Assembly: GCF_001949145.1 (NCBI RefSeq)
Contig: NW_019091356.1
Span: forward strand, 4,508,934-4,572,933
DNA from: Acanthaster planci
Taxonomy: Eukaryota
Reading direction: 5' to 3'
DNA: 64,000 nucleotides
Positions 12,515-24,300 of the stretch are shown piece by piece. How positions within the stretch are numbered: the first letter of the stretch is position 1; every line of letters starts with the position of its first letter. The position numbers and the translations under genes are program-made. Under the pieces are notes generated by a model, which saw only the letters and a program-made list of their open reading frames with translations, was not told the origin of the DNA and did no database searches.

Positions 12515-15500
12515 TATCAAGGAGAAAGATGCACCAGTACAATGTCTAGCATAAAGAGTGTGCCACTGTGTGGTACATATACATGGAATACTTGGGCTGT
12601 TTTGGTGGGATAACACCCTGGATCAGTGCATGAGCTAATCCGCGAAGACGCCATACTGCTATGGCACCACACACTGGCGCACGTTAGTAACCTTGTAATG
12701 GGGTGTGTGCAAATCAAAGCACCCTACTGGTGGAAGAGGTATTCAACGCATGTTGCTCCTGCAATAATGACCCTTAATTATGGTAGTCAATTTAATGTAT
12801 TGGTTATGAAATTATCAACAATCCTGCAAAGCTGAATGCCATTAATAAGATTGTGTGCTCGGTGATAATCCACTGAAGCAGCCAAGTATATGAGACTGAA
12901 AATGTAGATACACCGGTACTTTACAAGATGACATTTGTGCTTAGTTCATGGTTTCCAATAAAAGTAAATAGTGACCAGATATATGAAATTTGTAGAAGTT
13001 TCTTTTGCCCGGCGCTGTAGCTTGTTTCTAATTTTTGTGTATAGACATGATCAAAGTAGCATTAATTGTTGTTTCCCCAAAAATATGACGTGTTGTATTT
13101 CTGTTAGTTTTATGACAATGTACAGTCGCTAAATGTACACATTAATTTGTACAGTGCAAAGTTTTGTTTGGGAGTGCAAAAATATTACGAAATAAAAACG
13201 TTTTCAATATCTGTGTCACGAGTTGTGACGTATCCTCGGATGAAACAGACTCTTGTTCGCTTTGTTCTGTAAACTTATTCGATGAGAGCTTCGTTTATCT
13301 GCCTCAAGAGACCATCTAACATTCTTCACCTACGTATACTCCTCCTCTACAATACCAATCTTCGCCACGCAGTATGGTCTTTTTTATTCCAAATATCGGA
13401 CCAGCCACGGGGAGATAAAAGCATGATGTTAACCACACTTTATGCCAATGCAGTTTTGGCCATTTTTCCCCCTCTCGGTCCAAGTATTTATGAAATGCGC
13501 GCGATTTAAGCTATACATTTCGTTAGGTCTACTCAATTTAGTAAATATTCAAATGCAGATTGGGCGCAGATCTACATCGTGTGTTGATCAAAGTTGTAAG
13601 GTCTATGGTACAATGCTACGTCTTGTTGCAGTGTAATAATGTAATTAGTTATTGAAATTTTAGCATATTTAGTTTGTGTACAGTTTTCAAAATTGTGATA
13701 TGTTGGTGTAAAATCTGAACAAAGAGGTTTAGAGTAATGTAAGGTCAAAATATTAAACAGTAATTGTTCATATATAATGTTTATAATAGTTTATCATAGG
13801 TACAAAATAACTGCTTTGCTATAAAATACCTCTGTAACAGCATTCGATGGTTTGTACTGTGTGGAAACAAGTATTGTGTTTTACTCATTATCTCGTTTTG
13901 TTTGGTCACGTGTTTTGTGTGCATGTTGTATAATGAAAGAAAGTCCAAACTTTCACAGACTGGAATTTAAATCCATCTTGTAAAACATTTTGCCCTGGGA
14001 ACTTTGAAAGAACGGATTTATAACTAGATTTACATTTGTATTCCGAATGCATTAACTATTCATTGTGAAGTTATTTTTATCATACTCCCTTTTTACACTT
14101 CCTGTATCTATATAAAGAGTCATAGGTTCCAGTGGAGCATTTTTATATCTTGCCAATTTCCATGTATTTCTTTCCAGCGTTTTTATATTCTTAATTTGAA
14201 AAGATCTGAAGATAATTAAAGGCAGCAACATTGCACCCTGCCAGGAAGTCAACTTTAGCATCGCATTTTTCTTCCTCTTTGCTTCTAGCGAATCATATCA
14301 CGCGAGAAACATCTATGATTTCCCCACGTCTTCCCTGACTGGATTCAGTCTGAAATTAGGATTTCTTTTTTCAAAAGTTCTTACGTAACTTCTGAATGTG
14401 AGCGAGGGAAAATCAACATACCAAGAAGAAATGGCGGAACGGTTATTCAACACTGGGGCTCGGTATCTGATAACAATTTGACAGCAATTATGCCTCCCCC
14501 AATAAATGTTGACCGTTTACATTCGTTTGTTGTCTTTGGATGTCAAACTGACAGATTGGCTGTGTGCCAAGCGCATCCGGCTGCTGGTAATCATGACATT
14601 GGTTGTTAGCCTTAAAAGACCTGTATGAGGCAACCCCATGAAAGAGAACAACAACAGAGGGGGAGGGGTCGGAAACAGGGCATTCTGCCAGCTGTCTCAA
14701 AATTTGTATTCTGGAAAATAGGCCTACACATACGGTTACATGTGTGTATGGATGACCTTAATATTGGTGACCTTAATACTGAGCTGTGACCTCAATAATA
14801 TGTCTGTCTTGCAGCCAATTGCTTTGATACATTCCACCAAAGAATGCTATCGACCATTTAGGTCTATTCCCCACTCCTCGATCCATAAATAAGCACTGGG
14901 TAAATTCGACGGTGATTTGACTTGACCTCAATTTCAGTTTACGGTTGGGCTTACATGTAGGCCTATGTAATAATACTGAGCAATAACCGTGCCCTGTCAA
15001 CTTAAATCATACACGCTATCTCCCAGCAGAATAGAAAACAAATTAAAGCAGCGAAGGATTTTAATATCGGTTTTTAACGGCTCAACATCTCAGTTTTATT
15101 TTTCCTTATTTAAGCCGTACATGTATTTGCGATGGTACTAGCTGCACCCAGGCACGCACATTCTTAAGCTTGACGCGCGTGTCCATTTGGCAAATCATGG
15201 CATCCTATTGGTCGACGAGGCATGTAACGCGCGCGTATCACCTGTCCACGAGAGTTGTGCCAACATAGTAATGGCTTCTAGTTCTAGTTGTTGAATTACA
15301 CTTAATTCTTCGTGTGAATCTAGGTGCATGTATTAATTTGAAGGAATTCTGTTCATTTATATTTTAGTAGTTTTTAAGTAAAGGTCTCTGGGTTGACCTG
15401 ACATCCTATTCTCTTAACACAACCACTGCCGTGAATAAAGTGTCTCAATGGAGGTTAGACTACCGTGTACCAGATATGGCTGGACTCGGAGTAAATTTAT

Positions 15501-15634
15501 AAAGAAAACAAAATAAACATGAATGGAAAATGAAAGACGGCAGAGGATCTATAAAGAAACAAGCAATAATAGTGGTGGATTTAACTAGAAAGCTCATCCG
15601 AAATATGGCCAAGTCAGTGTGGATTGACGTTTAA

Positions 15635-15880
15635 TCCTAGCTACCTTGGTAGGAGTAGGTAGACCAGCGACCTTCTTCGTGCCTACGAGTCAGGGCACAT
15701 AGCTACCCAAATCCTGCAGGACACACGACGCCGAAGTGACCGTGTACCTGCGCGGCCCACCCCGTAGCAGTAGGCTACGCGTCTGCTCGGAAGCTGCCCG
15801 TGTCCTGGCGCGATCGACCGGGCGACTGCACACGCTGGACACGCTAGATTGCCGCCACAGAGCGGCGGACTCAAGCCTGT
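15635..15880 (-). ncRNA. Candidate structured non-coding RNA element, family unassigned
   Basis: GC-rich island in AT-rich flanks with several stems, a C(UUCG)G tetraloop and G-U pairs that form only on the minus strand. See findings. Confidence 0.3.
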
Positions 15881-18372
15881 AGTTTCTGTATTGGCTTCAA
15901 TTGCATCGCACAATATTAACAGACTTGCCTGAAAATTATTTCAAACTTCGAAAACACACGTTGTCGCAGGATAGGGGGCAGAACAAAGTAATTTGGGTGG
16001 GCGAGACCGACCAGTAAAATATTACAATCTGTGGGTGTCGAATTTGTTTCAGATAAATATCGGTGTAGGCCTAATTAGGCTTGTGGCTACATTTCCGTTC
16101 CAAGGTTTGCCCTTACAGTAAGCACACCAGTTACCTCGCCGTCTTTCCTAATATAAACCAGCTTAAATGTGATAAAAACGGATGTTCTTACCTTATCAAC
16201 CGTCAATCTTGTTTTCATTTAACCGTACCAATGGGAGTGAACGTATAACGTTGCGCACGTGCCCCAAAAGTTTAGTCAACCGGTCGTCAAAACTTCCTGT
16301 TTTATGGTGTTCCTTTAAAGATAGAAATTGGCCATTTGTTTGCAGTATTCACCCTGCAACCGTGTCTCTTCGGTTAAGCTTGTGTTCAGGTCCAACTGTC
16401 ATAACTGTGTTCAGCTTCAGAGGTTTTTCTCCTGGGAAGTCTCCACTAGAACGGATTGCATTCAGTATCGTCTGCTCTTCACACGTGCAAAATGGCACCG
16501 CATGTTTGTTGACGTCCGATGACGCGCAGCTTATTACCCACAATGCTGTGCGAAAAGTGGGATCGATTACTACGAAGAAAAATTGTTGGTTGATTGCGCA
16601 TGTTGGATCTGGAGGGCCCAAGCAGAATTAATTTTACGGATTGAGGACAAAAATAGATATTCAAGATATAAGTTACTCTCTGGGAGTGGATAAACGATTC
16701 ATTACTTCCCAAAAGAACAAATTAGTCTTTTTGAGGGGCATCCAAAATATGAAAATTACAGGTAACGCTAATCTCATTTTTCCTGAGAAACACATGGAAA
16801 TAATTTCCCTTTCTTCGACGCCAGCCCCCCCTAACAGATTACAATTTACGCGCCTGTAGTACACGAAAATTAGTACAAACATGTATGCTGTTTTATTCGG
16901 GGCTTCTGGGAAAACACCTTTCTATGGAGGAATGTTGGCTACAAGCGTTCCCTGCCCCCCCCAAACCTATCCACTTTGTAGAACGATGATAGCACACTAT
17001 ACATACACACGACACAAAAGGGAAAAAAACAAGAGTACACTATTCCTTTTTATGATGATACAACAGAAAAAAAGCAAGTTCACAGTATGAGTTCGATAAA
17101 TGTATTTTGCGGGAGTCATAATGCACATGCAAAAACAAATTAATCCATTAAAAGTAATCAATGGAAAAATATAGTTTCACTGAAAACAGGCCACTCACAA
17201 ATATTAATTCTAGTGTTAAAATCCTTTCGTTTTATATGTGCCATTTGAAAATGCTCAGACATTAGCACAAGGATATTACTCAAGCACATTTTCCCACGTC
17301 ATTTTTAATCACTATACTAAACGTATTTTAGACAATTGTCAGAACTGTAATTTTCACTTATAATTGATGTCGTATATGCGTTTGCCAAGATCACCAATTT
17401 TCCTCTTTTGGCGATTATCTATATCAGAACTGACATTCACGTTTCAATTTAATGATGACAAGTTACTTTTTGCAAGCTTAAAGTCACTTAGCTATGGCTT
17501 TGAAAGCATTAAACCTCTGAAGTTGTGGGTAAAACGAATTGACCTACTTCTCTCTTGAGGATTTCCCTGCATTATTTTCAGTTTAAAGCAGTTTATTAAG
17601 AAAAAAATTAAGTAATGTTTTACTTTGAATGAAAACAATCCCCCCAGCAGCCACTGCATTTCAGAAAAGATACAAACATACATCTAGTTAATAATATGTA
17701 AGTATAGTACTACTCTCTTGCCTGAATTACAAGCCAAAAGATATACGACATCAAACCGACCGAATCACTTGCCTAAACAATTTACGACGCACAAATTGAT
17801 CTCATCAGCTTTGCTGTTTCTTGTTTTAAAGGTTCCTTCAAATTAACAGTCGTTTCATACTCAAGAAGTATGCAAAATATTTTGCTCAGCTGTGGTTTGT
17901 TAAAAGCTTTGCTTTATTAATGGAATGATCTGCAAAGAATAACCACAAAGCGTTTTCTTTAATAGGTACAGCAGATGAACATTTCAATAAATCCTCTGGG
18001 ACTATGTCGACCAAACGAGCTTTATTTGAGCAATTTTCCATTTTTCAAAACTGGTCCATGTAGCTTTCCAAATAAATTTGATACATGTAAACATTCATCC
18101 CATGTAAGACTGGCTCAAATGACATATTCTTAAATTACTCATAAAAAGTGAAGGTGCCATGTGCTTTATTGTAACATGTTATGTAACATCCACCCTTGCA
18201 GAGGCGGTGACCATACCCCTCAAATACAATGAAGCTATCTATGCACCATGTTTCGTCTGTAATATTCTGTGTTTTGAGTTTAAACCTGTGTTGTATTTAA
18301 GACAGGATTTGGTAACACAGAATGTTAAAATGGGTCGGGTCAGGTCAAAGGCCATGGTAGGTCAGGAATCAA

Positions 18373-21300
18373 CTAGTGTTGTTTGGGCGTGGCAGGGGTG
18401 GAGTCTTGTTTTGGACCGTGAACAAGGGGAAACACACCAAGTGATGCATAAACCTCCTTCAAGATCAGTAGCACAGTGTCTTCAGAATCCCTGGGCATAA
18501 AAGGAAATGGGAAAGTGTTCAAGCCAACACAATTTACAAAGCAGAGCAATCAGATTTATTGGTCTGTCAGTTTTAATTCTAGCTTCTTTGTATAAGAAGC
18601 ACATCATTTTATTCACTTCTTGTATCTTCTTCACTTTACGTCCTGAAATTTCTTGCAAATATGTAAAGTATAATTATATCAACAAAGTGTTGTAGGCGAG
18701 ACCACTTACGACCTTCACGAGATCACACAAGACCAGCACAACACCTCCAGTCTGAATCCAAGTCATAAACTACTCAAATGAACAGCAACACAAGCATTCC
18801 TTTGTCATTGTTCACCCTGTTACTTGTGACTGGTCTCGTGATGGTCTCGACTACAACACTTCATCAACAAGAAGTCACACAAAAATTGAATTGAAGTTCC
18901 ATCTTTGGTCAATTGTTATTAGGAAGTCTGGAAGGGTCTTGAAAGATGTTCATTACAATTGAAGACATTTCCTGAATTTTAGACTTTCTGGCAAGGATTC
19001 CGTACCAGTAGCAAGTGTGACTTCCCAAGGCAAAGAGATATTCATTGAAGCTTTCCAAAGGCGCCTCTTGGAGAACATAGTCTATCCGGCGGCCATTGTT
19101 CAGCTGACCCAACCTGAGCTCACACTCTGCGGATGGACCTATGACACCAAATCATTGAATAAAAGGGTAAAGGGTTAAACACCTTTTATAGCTCTTACTG
19201 ATTGCTGGATAAAACTTGTCAAGTGAGCTGAACTGGGCACATCCTTGCATTGATTTCAGATAAGCTCCTTTTCAGAAAATGTTACATATGCAATTTTGTC
19301 AGATTCCAAACTGAGTGAGTTTCCATTGGACACCTGAAGCTTTAAATCCACTGAGTGTTTATAAAAGGACCTGTCACATTTCAGGTCTTGATGGAGAAGG
19401 GTGTTTCGCATCAGTCACTGATTTTCCTCTTTGAATGAGGACATTGTTTTCAATGAGAATTCAATGTTGCTTTGTCTTGTACCAGTACTACCTGGTTCCC
19501 TGGAAGACAGGCCATCTCGTTCCTGTTCCTGCCTCGACATCTCCTCCATGCTTAACTTTTCAGCCACTGCCTCCATTTCCTCTGATGTGACGGGCGGAAC
19601 CGCAGCCTCTGTTCCGGTCCGATGGGCCAAAGCAAACTCATGGATGGACTTCCACGTCTTCTTCATGGATTCGATCAGATTGCGCTTAAGGTCGGACCCA
19701 AAAGCTGTCAGGCTCTCTCGCAACTCTGCAAAGGAGAGGTTTCATTGAAGCGGGATGGTACTACACATCTTAATGTTCATACTTTCTTAAATGATACTGA
19801 GATCAGCCAACTTCCAGGTATTGGTAAAAGAACCTCCTGAAAGCTCACAATGACATCAAGTCGAAGAGACCTTTACCTTACCAAACCTACCAGGAGCTAA
19901 CACCTGTACAGTACAAGTTTGATTACTGGAAGGATCATCCACCATAAATTGGAGTCCAAAATTAACTAGAGAGTTTAAGGAAACGATGAAAAATTTTGAA
20001 ATGAGATGAGAACATTACAACAATTCAATGTGAAACGGCATAAATCTGCTTTGTGTTTGTGAAAAAAACAAGAACGGTAGAACGTTACCAAGATGGAAGC
20101 GTTTACGACCCTTGTGATGTGGCATCAAGAATGGCTTGACATCAGCCATGTCAGAATGGACCAGAGGCTCCATCCTGTAGGCAACTGGGTCAAACTGTCA
20201 AAGACAGAGCAATAACAATAACGACAAGTCGTCTGCAGCTGTGTCCAGAATGGGTTTTCAGAGCTACGGCTATGTCTACTGTCAGCATGTGTCTGTGTAT
20301 ATGTAGCTGGTGAAGAACTTGACCAAGCCCTAGCCACAGATTTCAGATACTGCTTGAAGCGGCTTAATATCAACTGAGTAATACACACACTGGTTCCAAA
20401 ATCTCCACCTTTGTTGATGATGTAGTTCAGAAGACTTACTGACGAGGTAAAAAGACGTCCGTCAATTAAGAAAGCAAATCTAATGGGGACTCACTGGGTG
20501 AAAGATATTGAAGAACCCATCACAGGTCGGTAGCTTGTATTCTTCTCCAACCCTACTGACCCCTCGCACAGTCAGGAACATGCCGATGGGGGAGCCAACG
20601 GCAAAGAAACGCTGTGGCTTAAAGTCGAGCTGGGAATATTGAACAAATGGTTGGCCGACACCTGGACGGAAAAACACAGAAATGGGACAGCAATCAGAGC
20701 ACAAGTTTCTATTGCCTGCTGAGTTTGGAATCCATGCTTGGGCAAAACTTTGGGATATGTCTCGAATAAAACTACAGAAATGCCTGCAGTAGGATGTTGA
20801 TTTTCATTATTGCAGGACTGTTTATGACCACTGCAGGACAAAGTGACGGGAAGTATCCTACATTAAGACCAAACTAAGTCCACCAGGCCGCCATCTGCTA
20901 GCACAGACAGGTTATCATGGAATCTATCAGACAAACATCATACACAGGCTGGTTTTGTATTCAAACATCTAGACAGACTACTTTTTTCGGCAGATTGTAT
21001 CTGCATACACTACCTTCGGATCCTGGTTCAAAGTCAACGTGTACAGAGTGTGTGGATACATCGTTGAGTTGTGAAGCCGAAGCCTCCTGCTTTTCCATCT
21101 CCAGTGCTTGTCTGATAGCTCTCTCTGTCTCAGCTTTGATCATTGCCTCTCTCGCTTTCTTCTTGCTCTCCTGAAGTAAAAGGAAAAGGGTCAGAAAATC
21201 TCTTTACTTATCTCTCTAACCATCTAACCAGTTCAATCTCAGCCTTTCAACTGAACAGTTGCATTCAGGGTACGATTTTGATGCTATGAGGTCAGTAAGT

Positions 21301-24300
21301 AACAATAACTCCCTCCACATTCTTGCAATTCTCCATGATTCCCTACTGGGTAGGAAACCAGTGAAACATTCTTCATACTATGAATTTCGAATGATCACCA
21401 AGCACACACAGAAATTAGCACTGACCGGGTTCTACCTTCCTCAATCCTATTAGGACCTCCAAAGGATTGATGGTTAAGGTTAGTGTACTTATTAGCATTG
21501 GCTGAGTTCTACCTTCTTGAATCCTACTAAGACCTCCAGGGGATGATGGTTAAGGTTAGTGTACTTCAAGCTTTGCCATAACAAGACATTGATACTTCAG
21601 CTGTCTCCTGACCTCCTTAGTTATTTGCTCCTTCAAGAAGCCTCCAAGTTTCTTTCTTGGTCCAAGAGGGAGGCCCATCTCCTTCAAGTCTGAGTCACTG
21701 CACATCAGCTGAACAAAACGACAACAAACAAACACCTGTCAAAGTTGGGCTGAAATAAAATAAGCTGGTACACGATTCAGCATACCGAATCACTCAGTAC
21801 ACCTGTGACATGGATACAGGCAAGCATTCTGTTCACATTTTTGCTATTTGTTTTTGCCACACTTTGGGAGAAAGTATGTAACATATCTGTAAACTGATCA
21901 AGATCTTTAGTACCAGGCTTTCCATGTCTATCCTCTCCTCCTGAAATTTGGGCAAGAAGTCTGTCAGTCCAAGCTGGGCGAGGGTGCTGTCCAAGGTCAT
22001 GACCTCTTCCTCAACCCCCTCGTTGGCTAAATTTTCACTGAGCTCGTTGCTAGGCTGGGCCACTGATTGCTCGGGTGTGACAGGTGTTGCCAAGCGAGAG
22101 TCGGTCGTTTGTAAATTTGGACACGCATCTCCCTGATGTGACAGGAGGTCAAAGACAATCAGAGAACCTGGGGGAATTGAGGATGAACAAAAAAATTATT
22201 TAGGTTTCAGTTGTCCAGCTTTTATGAAATGGAACCTTGAAATTTGTGAGTCCAAGGGAAACTCACCTAGACTGTGTCCGACGAGGGAAACTTGTCCCTT
22301 GAAATCGGGGTTTCTTTCTTGGAATAGTTGGTAGAGACGATTGATCTCAGAGCAAACGTGCTGAGCAATGGTCTGCGAGTAAGAGGGACTTGAGTAAAAG
22401 AGGATATCCAGGAGAGTGTCGTTGGTGAACCTGCGAAGACGTGAGATGCTGGGCAAGGTGATACGTCTCAAACGTCTGAAAGAAGACCAGGAAATGCCTT
22501 TCGTTAGAACACTTCAGAAAAGTGGGTGATATCTTATTAATTCCTTTTCAGACATGTTCAAATGCCTCAAGTTTCCTAGTGTTTCAAGTGCAAGTATCCA
22601 GCCCAAGTGAGGATAAGCCCACGTTGGAATAAGGTTCCGCTTCCAAGCTCAAAACTGTGACAAACTAAAAAATATATTAAACTTGAAGAAAATGGAGGTT
22701 ATCAACCAACATTTTCAAGCGATGCGTGATTGTATCTAGGTGGTATCTCGGCTGATTATTTCATTTAGAAAATCTGCTCAGTCAATTTCATTCTAAGACA
22801 TTATCTAACCGCACCTGTCAACACCAGTAGCATCTCCATGCAAAGCATCATACCAGTGGACAGGTAGGAACTCAATCCGTCCTGTCCTGCCATCATCTAC
22901 AGCATGCTTGAAATGGGAACGCATCAAGCCCAGAGAGACAGAACGGAAGTCATCCACTAGGAGTCAATGACAAATACTCAAGATGAAGCGTATGAGTATT
23001 CATGTTTGTACAAGCAATGTGGGAAATTCTCTGTAGTGTTCCAGGACCCAAGTTTTGCTGACAATGTATAGTTTAAATGTTTTCATTACTGTCGCTGGCA
23101 GCTTATGGAAAAATTTTCAGATCCAACTCTGATATCAAATAGACCAAGATTTTGTAGATAACAGAGGAAGAGGCACTTGGAAGGCATGTTCTGGTTTGAG
23201 TCGCTCGCAATACAAAATAAGAGAAAACAATGCTTTCTTACCACATTCAACAATCCCTCGAAACCGCAAATCACAGACAGGGCCAATACCATGGACTATG
23301 AAGACCAAATGATCAATCTGACTGGGTTCTCCTGAAAATAAAAATTCAAAATGAGAAGAAAAATGGGTATTTGACTCAATGATTACTCTGGCAGATATAA
23401 TAGACCTATTATAAATGACTGAAGCATAAAGATCTTTAAATATATTACAGTTACTGCATACAGAAACTTCCAAGAAATAATGCACGTTCACATATTAAGC
23501 TTCAATCAATTAAAAATGCTATGGAAAAAAAGTCTGAACCACGTAGTTCATTGTGGCAAATTTGTGACACCAAAAACAAACAAGGACAAATGTTAGCAAC
23601 TAGCTTCAAATCCTACCTTGATCAATGTTTTCTAAGTCATCCACTCCCCGCTTCACAACCCTCGGTCTCATCTGCCCGTCAGGGGATGTTCCAAAGTCAT
23701 CTGGTCTGGATGGCGGTCGAAAATGGACGATGACGTTGGGATTGTGCATGACGATGGTCTCGCCGTTGGAAAACTCCAGCCTCTTGTGCCAAACGTTGTT
23801 GAGAATCGCCGACTTGTACTCTTGCTGTAGTAAAAAAAAGTGCAATAATAAAGAGTAAGGAATGAAATCGCAGCCCGGGAAGCTGAGGAAACATTGTGGA
23901 ATAGCTGCTTGGTCAAATGCACAGACCTCTAGTTGATCGGCCAAGTCTTCCTCATAAGGTAGGAACCTGTTTTCCCCATCACTTTTGTAGAACCACGTGC
24001 ATCTGCGGACACTAGAGGGCCTTTCATCCCAGTAGACTGCATGTCGTTGTCGCTGTTGAATAGTCACATCATAGCGCCCTCCATTGGTTGAGATGACAGT
24101 TTCCCCATTAGGATTGTTATATGCTAGATCCAAAAAATCAATCAACAGACTTTCAAAAATTCAAAAGCATGACCTCCAAATTCAAATCGTTCGTTATTTA
24201 CTACAGTATGTAATTATACTTTTTTAAACTCCTCACTTTTCTGGATATTGAAAATGTTATGAACATTATTTCAATCTTATTGTTGGCATCAATGTGAATT

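Noticed and set aside
16182..16631. 149-aa plus-strand ORF
   Set aside because: No family resemblance or splice context; the splice signals here point to the minus strand.
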